A stretch of DNA of 64,000 nt from Mytilus trossulus. Taxonomy: Eukaryota. The translations under genes and the position numbers were made by a program. Each line of letters begins with the position of its first letter. Position 1 is the stretch's first letter. This document shows positions 38,068 to 50,666 of the stretch, one piece after another. A model generated the notes under the pieces. It did no database searches, had not been told where the DNA came from, and was given only the letters and a program-made list of their open reading frames with translations. The stretch covers positions 97,526,001 to 97,590,000 of the forward strand of contig NC_086373.1 of assembly GCF_036588685.1 (NCBI RefSeq). The letters are read 5' to 3'.

Positions 38068-40960
38068 CAGACGTCAGAATTTCTATAAATGTTGTTCATA
38101 CTACTTTAAAAAAATTAAGAATACTAGTCATAATACTTGATTAAAATTGAAAGTCTTTTAATTCAGTTGCTTTAACATTAAATTTATATTCGGGATATTG
38201 TATACATTTGGCTTAATCGTTAAAAGAAAGTCGACATACAAATTTAGAACACAAATCAATTTAGGGCGCCTGATTAGGATCGTAATTTTTCCATTTGTTC
38301 AAATGGTTGATTTTCCAGGTTTGTTTTACTTCTGAGTTTTGAATTTAACTTGGAGTTTGTTCTTTTAGTAAATCTTTTTGTGTAGACGACAGTCTAATGT
38401 TAAATAATCAGTTTGGATCTCTGAGTGTGTCTTCTAGTTTGGTAATTCAGATGTGCTTTTTTTTTTAATTCAATGAATAATGAAGGGTACCACAAAGTTT
38501 GATTTGATATGACACAATGTGAATTATTATTTATCATTATACAGTATTCATAACAGCGCATTTTATAATATTAAAATTACCCTAAGCGCTCAAAAACATA
38601 TATGCATTTACATTTATAAGTATTAACAATAAAATATGAAAGCCCATGTTATAAAATCATAAAAAACAAACAGAATTTCAAAAAAATGCATATAAAACTA
38701 TTAAATTTACTGATAAACAATAAATTCTATATAAAATGGGTATGGTAAAGTTAAGGAGATATTAAAACCATACCAATAAAAGTAGGTTAAAACTTCAAAA
38801 ATATTTGCTTAAACATTGTAAAGTTACATTAAATGATGTGTGATCTCGTCTGAAAGATGAAATGCATGAGTATATTTTTCTTCGGTTTTATATTTCATTA
38901 CTCATGTGACAAGGCTGAATACTTTATATTTGTATTTTTGACATTACAAATGTTGTGTATAAAGAAATTAATGAAGAGGACATGATTGTTTATGTTTAAA
39001 TTCATAACGGTTAAACATGCGATTCTTAAGAGACCGTGCTTGGATGAAAATAAGGGACCCGTGCAAATTCTCTTATAAGCTATTAGAAACGGTAAAGAAA
39101 AAGGGAAAACAAAACCTTATCGCTTCAGTAATAAAGATATAAAGTACCAGTACAAATGAGATATCATTCTAATTGAAATCCATTCTATGATATGTTCAGT
39201 GTGGATTTAACATGATTTAGAATCGTATTTTACTCCTTATTACTAAAGGGGCGTGAAAGATATAAAAGGGAAATTCAAACTCATAACATAAATTGATAAT
39301 GCCATGGCTAAAAAAATCCAACAGACAAACAAGAGTACACAAAACATAACATAGAAAACAGGGATTGATATCAGATACTTCAGAGGAATTAACAGATCTT
39401 GCTCGACATGTGGCACCCATGTTACTCATGTTTTAATACAAACCCAGAAATAAGTATAATTCCGGAAGTCACATTTGAGTAAAAGGGAATTTACTGGTAT
39501 CTTATCAAGTGATGCTTGAGATTTGTTGGTCAGTATCGGAGTCAGTATTAGTTCAGCCAGCGTATCGCTAGAAGATTTTATTTTAGATTAGAGTTAAAGA
39601 AGTAAAACATTTGACATTGTTCACATTCGACTCGAGTGTTTGTTGAAAAATATAACATGCGATATTCAAATCATTGTTCAAAACACTAAATATTAGATTT
39701 GTATATGTAAAGTAACTTACTTCAGTTAATCAGATATTTAAGCAACTTTAGATATACATTTTGATAACAGCTTCCCGTTATGCTTCTCTAGATAGGTAGA
39801 CGTTGACGTTTGTCGTGTACCAAGTCAGGGATACAGCAGATGTTATCAAATAGACTGTGTCTACGTATGTCGTCAATTATGTTTGAGGGTTGTTTTGTAA
39901 CATTTTAGTGCTTCTGTTGTTCCGTTGTTTTCCTCTTATACTTGATGTGTTCCTTCGGTTTTGATTTGAGAGCCGATTGTGTTTCAGTTAAATCAGTTTA
40001 TGACAATTGAACAGCGGTATACTACTGGTATCTTTTTTAACAATCAGATGTCCACAAGGTCACGCTATTGTTAGTTGTTGTTTAGTTCTCAGAATTAGTA
40101 GCAAGTTATATAAAAAGCTTATTTGATATAAAATCATATGTACCTTTTTATTGTAGCGATTCCATCGTTTGTTAGTCCGAATAATTTATCCCTCGAGCGA
40201 GAGAATTATGTGTAAAGTATGTTTTCATTATATTATACCTAATTATATGTGCTATTTCAAATACTTAAAGTTTAAATATCGTATCTGATAATTAATATTC
40301 GTTACATATTTCTATAAAGTTACAAGAATTTAAAAGGTTTATCAGTCTGAAAATTTATTCCCTCCAGTGGATCATATATATATATAAACGTTTGACTGTG
40401 ATTTAATACCACTTCGTATTTTAGATAATGTATACAATTTGGCCAATTCTTCATTTTGAAAACTAATTAGTATAGAGTTAAAAAGAAAGTAACTGCAATT
40501 CATTAATTACCTGAGAATAATCCAGTTCCAAAGTCTGTTAGCAAGTTCAAGCTCGTCAGTCACGGATGTTATCAACTTCCTTGTCTATCTAATGGTCATA
40601 TGACGTCAGAAAAGAACTCTTCATAACTCAAGGTACAGTAGCATAATTTAATTAAGGTTTTAAATGGCTCTTGTTTTTTAACTTCCTTAAGTATATATTT
40701 TAGTACGAATTTTTTTTGTTAAATTCTTCACGATTGATAGCATATTTCCTTCTACAACCTCTTATTACGTATATCAAATAATCAGATATGACAAATTTAA
40801 ATCTACTGTGGCTGTCAATCAATAAAGTTTTAATTTTAAGTTTCAATGCTGTATATTTCAATAATTAAACTTCATGGGTGACAAGTAGCAAACTTATGTG
40901 GATTATATCTTGAGACTGAAATACATCATTACAATTTAAGGACTTTATACTCAAAACGGG

Positions 40961-43900
40961 ATGTCGAAAGTCAAAACAAGATTGGTTGTTGCAGCAATAG
41001 ACTTTGGGAGCCACGGATCTGGTTATGCTTTCTCTTTTCGACATCAATTTGATGCTAACCCAATTGATGTATCATCACCAATGTGGTCCCCAGAAAGCGG
41101 AGGTGACAGTTTTTATAAGACTCCATCGGCCATGCTGCTTGACTCCAATAAGAATTTGGTAGCTTTCGGACATGATGCAGAAGACCGCTACTCGGTAATC
41201 TGTGAGGAAAATGAACAGAATGCCTGGTATTATTTGAAGGGTTTCAAAATGAAATTATATAGAGCGGTGTTGGAAGAGAAGGTAAACAGTTTGTTTTATT
41301 ATCCTATAAATATTATCAAAGGTTTTCAATAATTGATCCCAAACGGAGTTCAATTCGGTTATATATTTTATATATTGATCATCAATAAGTACTAATCTAC
41401 TGTTGCTCTGATATATGTATTTATGAATAGTATGATAAGTTTTATATCGTACATACCTGTCGCTATCAAAAGCTGAATGTATATAGTAAATTAATTATCA
41501 CCTTGAATAGACATGCAACTGGTTGAGTACACTTGGTATCGTTGATGTATTATGAAAGTTTTATTACGTTCGCTTATTCTTTTGTTTGTCCGACCGTCTT
41601 ATTGTTCGTTTTTCATTTTACTTATGTAACCCAACCGAAGCGCTATTGTGTGACTTTTGGTAATAACTTTTGGAGGACATAGGTTTCGTCATATCCTTCT
41701 CATTATAGTACACATTTATATCCGTTTCAACTCCTTAACCCCTAATCATATTATGATGAAACTTTCTCACAATCTTTAACACATTGTATCAATTGTACCT
41801 CAGTTATTTTATTGGTCAAAAACTTTAAAATATAATTTCTACTGCAACTACTGCCACCACTACATCTACGATAATATAATATAAGAAATGGTACTAGTTA
41901 TAAACAGCAGGCACTGTGATAAAAGTTCACAAGATGTTATTCCCAACCTGTTTCCTAATGAATTTTTGGAAAAATATCCTTCGCTAAAGCATTGACTTTG
42001 TTATTGTTTTCTTTGGGTGTACCTATTTTTTATCCCAAATACATCCGAAGCCGTTCAATAATGAAACTTTCTCAGAATGTATATCATATAATGCCGTTGT
42101 GTAACTTATATTTAATGGTTTGAACGGAATTTTTTTAGAGCATATTCCTTACTAAAATATGCACATAACCAGAGCTTCATCTAGCGATACCCATTTTGCA
42201 CCCTCACCTTACCACTCCTCCTAAACCCTTCAGTAAAGTATATTGAAACTCTCTAACAATTTTCCCCAAATTAAAGCATTATGCACCAGCTATACAAAAG
42301 AACTAGTCAAAGATACAAGATGTATAACCGTGATCGCAAGACGCGCTTCGTAAACATAAGACTCAGCAGTACCGCTATAATAAAAAAAAGTGTTCAGGTC
42401 AAATAAAGTATGTAATTAAAGATTATTATTTGATTTCTGGTCGGATTATTTTAAGGGATTTTTAATTAGTAAATCATAGACTTGCCAGGTTGGGAATAAC
42501 ATCTTGTGAACTTTTATCACAGTGCCTGCTGTTTATAACTAGTACCATTTCTTATATTATATTATCGTAGATGTAGTGGTGGCAGTAGTTGCAGTAGAAA
42601 TTCTATTTAAAAGTTTTTGTTAATAAACTAAGGCCGTGTTCACATTGACCTACACTCGGTGTTGTGTTGGTGTAACTCACACGTAAACTAAACAAAATTA
42701 CGTTCCCATTGATAAAACTCAATGTTTACATGTAGTTTAAATCATGTTTTGTCGAAACGCAGTCGATGGTCAATGTAGGCCTTGTGTAGATTAAGTGTAC
42801 ACATAACAAGGTTTTTAGAACATGCATTTTACCATGTATATTTTTTAAAGAAGAAACGATTGTTAAATAAAATTGATATTCATAACAATTAGTAATAAAG
42901 TTCAGAAATATTTGTATAAACTACTTGATATATTTAATTGTTATAAAACAACTTTTATCAAGACTCAAAGTATCATCATTGCCGAACAAATAATTCGTTT
43001 GAAAAGTTCTTCCCTGATCGACTGCGCGTACACAATAATAGTTGCCACTGGTCTTAACTCAAACAACGATTCACTCATAAATACATTTGCATCGGAACTA
43101 AACACATTTATTCAAAAAACAGTTGTTGGCATGACACGGGTTATGTTATTCTCATATTGTTATGATGGTATGAAACTAAACCCTAATGGGAAGGATTGTG
43201 CCTGATATTCATATGATGAAATCATAATTTTCAATCAGTTTAATTGAAGTCTGGAGCTGGCACGTCAGTTAACTGCTAGTAGTCTGTTGTTATTTATGTA
43301 TAATTGTCATTTTGTTTATTTTCTTGGGGGGGGGGGGGGGGGGTTCTGAGTCAAATTTTTCGAGCTAACGTTCAAATATTTGTTTTCAATATTTAACACT
43401 GTAATAGATGGAGAAGCTCGGGATTCAAAATATTTTTTTTGATAATCTGTATGACCAGAATAATTTTTTCTTATCAAAATAGGGATAAGAATATTTTTCA
43501 AGGAAAAAAACATTCTCCCCTTTTTTAAGTCAAATTGTCGTTCCCCAACTTCTAGAAAACTTGTCCGAAATATTTGTCATTCGGTTCTATATTTTACGTT
43601 ATGAACATATAAATGACATATAGTTTACAAGAGTGAACAAATCTTATGTACAGGTAACTAAACAAGGTGTATAGATGTGAACAAATTTAATGTGAAACCA
43701 GGGTACACTACATTAAACTAATTGTAAACATGTTTACTGAACATGGCGTTAGGTGTGAACACGGCCTAATTAATGACTGACATGCAGTTAATCCATTTGG
43801 TGACAGGTTCGTGATTTGATCCAATACATTCAGGATCAAAAGTTTTGTTCCAAGTTGAAACTATGTGTATTTGCGGAAAATATTCAGTTGAAGGGGATAT

Positions 43901-46900
43901 TAATGCATAATCAACAAAATTACTGCGTTTAAAAAGTTGTACAAGATGTTAAATAATACTTCTCTCAATGAAATCCCCATAAAGGAAAAAAAACATATCT
44001 TAAAAATAAACTGAAAAACTTTTAAAGTTTATATTTGTTTTGTTCACACATCGTTATCAATAATATGGTAATTTTTATAAATTTCCTGTTTTCAAAACTT
44101 TGAATTTTTCGAAAAACTAAGGATGTTCTTATCCTAGGCATAGATAACCTTAGCCGTATTTGGCACAACTTTTTGGAATTTTGGATCCTCAATGCTCTTC
44201 AACTTTGTACTTGTTAGAATTAATAAATATTTTGACTTGAGCGTCACTGATGAGTCTTATGTGACGAAACGTATTAAATTATAATCCTGGTACGGTACCT
44301 TTGATAACTAATTATACTAGTGAGATGTATATTTAACTACAAAACCATAATTAATCCACCCTTTTCTACAAAGGAAAATGCCTTTAACAAGTCAGTAATA
44401 TGACAGTTGTTATTCATTCGTTTAATGTGTTTGAACTTTTGAATTTACTATTTTTAGAGACTTTCCGCGTTGAATTTTTGGGGAATATTTTTGTGATCTT
44501 ACGTTTAAAAATATATTCAACACACAGTATATTACCAGGTTAACATGCGAAAAGGAAAACTAATCCCTTTTCTTGGGGTCATAGATTGTAGTTCATCAAG
44601 ATTTTTGCAAATCAATTCGATAATTCAATCATTATTTTTTACTCTATACATTACTGTAGTATCAATAATTCAGTGTACAAACTGAAATATCCAAAGGTGA
44701 AATAATTCTTTATTCTCTCATTTTTTCATTCATTCATTTATTTATTTATTCGTATTCATTTTAGTACACAATCAAGTGTTCAAGCACTTTCTCAATCAAG
44801 TATAGATAAAACTCACGGTTGAACTATTTAAAGCTTTTAAGATGATTTGTTTTTGAAATATCCGATATTCTCTTCTCTGATTTTCAAACACAATATAAGA
44901 GTGCATGTGAAAGATTCGTTCCTGGATCTACGTGTATTCAAATATCTCAACATTTATTCAATATAAAGGACCAATAAATTGTTTAGTAATGTAGATTTTA
45001 CTAGTATTGTTGTAAGATGTAAAGATACCGTTTGCTTTTATACAAGTTTTGTGCACTTCAGTAATTATGTTTGAAATTGAACTGAATTGAACTCTGTTTT
45101 CATCACAACTTACGTAATCATCAGAATTTGAATTACATGCATTTGAATTGAGGTTTGTGCTCAATTAAAGGAGACTGTTACGTCAAAATTATATTGCGAA
45201 AGATATGTTAATACATTGGGTATATACAAAAATCTGTATGCATCAATACTCATTCTATTTTCACTGATATTTAAAAAATTTAATCAAATTTAAGATGATT
45301 CTCCGAGATACTAATAGGAAGAGTTATAGTTTAACGATTTGATACAATGGCGATTGGATAGATTTAAATGTAGGATTCCCACGAACTTAATGATAACAAG
45401 AATTGTATCATGACAAAGCTCACAAAAATACCTCATTTTTTCTCATATTTGAATAAGTTTTGCCTTTGAATGAAAATTTCATAGTGTTGATATAAATTGC
45501 TTTTCAGGATATTCGAAAAGATTTTGAAATGAAAGATATCAATGGTAAAGCTATATCAGCCAAATTAGTTATAAAACTCGCAATTCAGTACCTTAGAAAA
45601 CATTTACTTGACCAGTTTGAAGAAAGAAATATTGGAGTTGATGCAAATGATATAGAATGGGTTATAACAGTCCCAGCTATTTGGAATGATGCATGTAAAC
45701 AGTTTATGAGAGATGCAGCAGAAGAAGTGAGTACCAAGTGTGTCCTGGTAGTACGAACTAAATAACAAGCAAATGGTCCTAGTAACATATAAGCCATAGA
45801 AGCGAGCAATTGCATACAATGTGGTATATGGAATGGTGCGTATGACTATGAAGGACTGCCATTGACTCAAAAATGGAAACAACGATAGTTAAAATGCATT
45901 TAAATATATAAATCACATTAATAAACTAGGAAGCAACAAGAACTCAGTATGGTACAAGACTAGGTGTTCCGACAAGGTAAACAAGCGAAGTTGACACATT
46001 TGTCATTAATCCTTTTTTAAAGTCCCCCATCTATATCGAGGAGAAGATCAACATAGGAAGCTCACCTTCTATTTTTTCGGATATGTCTTCAATGTCACGC
46101 TAACTGGGATAGATGTCAGACAAGCACTACATGATATGCTGTTTTTATGTACATGGTATTATCAATATATTTAAATGAGAAATTAAACTAGTTGGCAAGA
46201 TGCTTTCTTGTTTATCTCTTGAGAGCAGATTTATTTTAAATGTTGCTACATACGAATAAAAAAAGTATCCAATCAAATACCAAATATTTGTTGTAATCGT
46301 TTTTCTAAAAACTCATCTACTATGTTGTTGATCAAAGTTCTGGTATATTTATGTCTACGTGATTGATCATCGCCTATGTAACTAAAAAATTATAGAAACA
46401 GGATAGAACAAAAACTTTAATATCACATGTTGGCAAACTTACGTTTAGGATGGAATATATCAATGCTCTTCAACTTTGTACTTGTTTGGCTTTACAAATA
46501 TTTTGATATGAGCGTCACTAATGAGTCTTATGAAGACGAAACGCGCGTCTGGCATACTAAATTATAATCCGGGTACCTTTGATAACTATTTACTAATCAA
46601 TATTAAAAATTCTAGATAACAGTTATGTTTTAATATACAAAATGCCAACTATAAGCGATAAACATCAAGTATGCCTAGGGTTACATAGTGAATAGATATG
46701 CATTAACAATAAAACTTATTATATTTCAGGCCGGTATACATGGTGATATGTTTTCCATTGTGTTCGAACCGGAAGCTGCATCTGTTTATGCTAGGCTTTT
46801 ACCAGTTGAAAAATTCATGGGCGAAAACAAGTCGACTATTCTGAAGACTTTTGATCCAGGAACTAAATTCATTGTTGTAGATGCTGGAGGTAAGACCTTT

Positions 46901-48304
46901 TTTTACAGGGACGAGAATATTGTAAAGTTTAATTCTAATACAAGTTAGAGTGATTTTCCACTGTTTTATATCGTCATAGTGAAAGTAATGAACTACTGAA
47001 TTATCAACTTGAAATATCAAATACTGTTGTTATCATAGATCTTTATAATTCAAATGTCTTTGTGTTTTAAATGTTCTGTTCAAACAAGAACTTTAATTAT
47101 AGAAATCTATGTTGTAAATATAGTAAAATACCTAACCAGATGATACTTTAATTAATATATTGTAGGCGGTACAGTTGATATTTCTACTCAAGAGGTCGCA
47201 CCGAACGGCGAATTAAAGATAATTCACAAAGTATGTGGAGGCTCTTGGGGTGGTGAAATGGTCAATGAGAAATATAGAATTGTTCTCACAAAACTTGTTG
47301 GAGGTCCTGTTTTAAAACAATTTAAAAGGGAACAAGGAGCAGATTATAATGAGATGATGAGAGATTTTGAGCGTAAGAAGAAGACATATAAATTAAACAG
47401 TGCAGAAACTGTTAATACTAGATTTCCTGTTTCACTAAAAGATATTATAGCCGATTCTGTAGATAGTTCGATTGAGAGTATAATAAACGAATCGACTTTT
47501 AAAGGTGAAATAAGCACAAAACGTGATAAAATGTATATAAAACCCAATTTGTTTCTAACATTTTTCAAGGAATCATGTAATCTGACAGTCGAAGAAATCA
47601 GATCTGTTCTCAACCATCCACGTTGCGAAGACGTCTCCGCTATAATGATGGTTGGTGGGTTCTCAGAGTCTGAAGTTTTACAAGATGCTGTCAAAAAAGC
47701 ATTTCCAAAATTAGACGTTTTTGTTCCGGTAGATGGAGGTCTTTCTGTTCTTAAAGGTACTGTCATTTATGGACATAATCCAAACATCGTTGCTTCGCGA
47801 GTATGTAACTATACATACGGTGTTAGTTTAAGTGTTCCGTTCAAAACAGGGGTTCATCCTGAAAGCAAAAGATATACTTGGGATAAAGAAGACTGGTGCC
47901 GGCATGTATTTCATGTATGTTTTACGGCCGATGAGGATGTTAAGATAGGGGATATTAGACAAATTGAACTGAACGACACGTTTGTTACCGCAGATTCTCA
48001 ATGTAGACGAACACACCCGCTCAGAGCAGAAATATATATTTCTGATAAGCAAGATCCAAAGTATGTTACAGATGATGGCTGCCAAAAACATGCCGTTATT
48101 CACGTGAAACCACCCGGGGGACAGTGGCCTGAACAGGTCTTTGGGTGGGTAGAACTAAAAGTAGCGGGAACTGAAATGATTGGAACCTATGTAAATGCCA
48201 CAACAAAAGAACGGACTTCAACTAAGTTTGAATTTCTACCTTCAGGTTACAAATTCACCAAAGGAGAAAAGAAAAGATTGTTTGATCCCGCGGCCTCCGA
48301 ATGA
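40961..48304 (+). CDS. HSPA12: Heat shock 70 kDa protein 12-like, gene C (~612 aa, intact)
   Basis: Exons 40961-41281, 45508-45726, 46730-46889, 47166-48304 (1839 nt), all GT-AG. Motifs: AIDFGSHGSGYAFS, WVITVPAIWND, FEPEAAS, DAGGGTVD, GGSWGG, VGGFSES, SVLKGTVIYG. Confidence 0.93.
41817..42619. repeat. 134-bp inverted repeat pair in gene C intron 1
   Basis: 41817-41950 is the reverse complement of 42486-42619 with two mismatches, both near the outer end. Confidence 0.9.
42632..43766. mobile_element. PIF/Harbinger-type MITE with nested insertions
   Basis: 13-bp TIR GGCCGTGTTCACA / TGTGAACACGGCC with TAA on both sides (42629-42631 and 43767-43769). Confidence 0.75.
44080..44312 (+). mobile_element. 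Retrozyme family-1 fragment in gene C intron 1 (hammerhead 3' half deleted)
   Basis: GCGTCA-CTGATGA-GTCTTATGTGAC-GAAA-CG followed by a deletion, at 44241-44272. Flanks match the reverse complement of 57895-58390. Confidence 0.65.
46460..46592 (+). mobile_element. Retrozyme family-1 fragment in gene C intron 2 (core reads CUAAUGA)
   Basis: GCGTCA-CTAATGA-GTCTT ATG AAGAC-GAAA-CGCGCG-TC-TGGCAT at 46512-46555. Confidence 0.65.
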
Positions 48305-48320
48305 TTTGGTTGAAAAATTT

Positions 48321-48600
48321 CGTATACACGCCACCCGCGTTTCGTCTACAAAAGACTCACCAGTGACGCTCGAATCCAAAAAAGTTAAAAATGCCAAATA
48401 AATAACGAAGCTGAAGAGCATTGAGGACCAAAATTCCTGAAAGTTTTGCCAAATCCAGCTAAGGTAATCTATGCCGGAGATAGAAAAGCCTTAGTATTTC
48501 AAAAATTCTAAATTGTGTAAACATATATTTTATAAATATAACCATATTAATGATAATTCATGTCAGCACAAAAAGAGCTGACTACTGGGCTTGTAATACA
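48321..48600 (-). mobile_element. Retrozyme family-1-related monomer just after the gene C stop codon
   Basis: Hammerhead-shaped motif at 48328-48369 (CUGGUGA core, damaged stem III), followed by body sequence homologous to 57980-58190. Confidence 0.65.
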
Positions 48601-50666
48601 CTGTTGTTTCAAGTTACACGTCTTACAACAAAAATGAAAGTTAGGCATGTAAAAAAATTGAAAACTTGGGTATCTAAATATTTTCATAAATGCAAATATG
48701 GCTATGAAATATATGTATAAGATCATTTAAATGTGGGTGTGTTGATATAAAACAATTTAAATGTGTTTTGTTTTTTTATTTTTTACAAATTGTGATTCTT
48801 AAATCTTATAAATTAAATGATTAAAACCAATCATAGTATAGACATATTTCATTCTACATTCATAGGATTCAATTCTGATATGGTAAATAATTATTGAACG
48901 AAAATGTGGCTTATATAGATAGCAAATTATGATCATATACAAATTATATAACAGAAGAAAAAATTGTGTAATTTCGTCTGCTAGAATTTAGAAAAGTATT
49001 ACACATGGACATAATGTTCCCTATAACATTAAGGTATTCCACACCCCATAGTACACATAATTGTCAAATAGAAATTACTGCTTTACCTGTAATCAGCCAT
49101 ACAACTTATCAGTTGATCAGTTAAATCAAAATTAAATTACATGGGGGACTATTCAAAGTATTCCAACCTAGTTGAACCAAAACAAGTATCTTTCTTTACC
49201 AAATTATTCCTTAATCCTTCAAAGTATAGTTTAGCCATAATAAAAAGAAGTATATAACAGCAAAAGAATGTCATAAACAGTTTTGTATAAGTCTGTACAC
49301 ATTTCAGGCGAATTTTTTATTGTTGAGATAGTGTCAAGACATATTTAAGACTGTCAAGAATGTGTCGAGACATATTCAGACATTATTAAGAATGTCAAGA
49401 ACGTGTCAAAACTTATTCAGACATTATTAAGAATGTCAAGAATATGTCAAGACAGATCGAGACAAATTTAAGACAGTCAAGAATTGGTCGAGACTAATCC
49501 AGACTCTTATCAGATGATACAGAAAGTGTCGAGAAATTTTAAGACAATGTTCATACTGTCAATACACTTGTCATGAAAAACCAAGCACCTTATTAGACAA
49601 ATTCATACTATGTCAAGCATTTTTTTTTAAATAATTCAGACAAATTAAGAATGTCGAGTAAGAATTAATTCAAATTCAGACGATAACTGGTCTTTCAAAC
49701 TATTTGACTTTTGTAGTGAGATTTGTTAGAAATTTTCCAATGAACTATCAACCAGGCCATGTGAAAATTAATGAATTATTTCAGTTCTTATTTTTTTTTT
49801 TTAAATTAAAAGTTAACGATGTTTATAGTTATTATATGATACATCTTAACAATAATTTGGAGTACAGTAAATATATAATCATATTCAAGATAAATATACT
49901 TAAATGAATTCCATACCCCCCCCCCCCCCAAAAAAAAAACTAATATTATACGTCTTTTCTCAAATTTAGAAGCTTGCACAGATATTTAATGTCTGTCTTA
50001 TTGTGTGTTCTTTACATAATTAATGTTGCCTGTAGAATACAATAATTTAAAACTTAGTTATCAGAATTCTCTCCAAAATTGTTTTGTTTCTGGATATTCA
50101 AAAAGTTTATGCTCTATAGTTTCTATTTCATTACAACTGTCAACTTCATTAATTAAGCAAAGTTTATATTTTCCGGGAGATAATTATGTGAGACAATTCT
50201 GTGTAATATTTTATATTGGAAAGCTTGTAGTTTGCTTTCTATAGTACATTTAAAAGCCAATGAATAAATATTTTTCCATTTTTCGTCACTAATTTCTATA
50301 TTTTAAATTACTTTCAACCTTTGATGTAAAATAGGCTGATCGATAAAAATGAATAAACATCTGTAGCAAATAATTTACTGATAGGCATTTTTTTTATTCT
50401 CATGCTCAAAAACGAATCCAAATGACATATGAGTTTCTGTTAGGTGACATGTGTTGTTGTACTAGCAAGTCTTTTTAGTATCGTGGTATAGCAAGTTTAA
50501 TAGATAGAATGTCTACAAAAGAAACATTCAGGTTATATTTTTGGTTAATAGCGTCATCAGACAAAATCAATCGACTTTATTATCTACAATTTCATTGAAA
50601 AACCTTATACCTTTCATGTACCTAGGAATCTAGTAGTGTATGGTTGTTCTATTCAGCCTTGTAATA

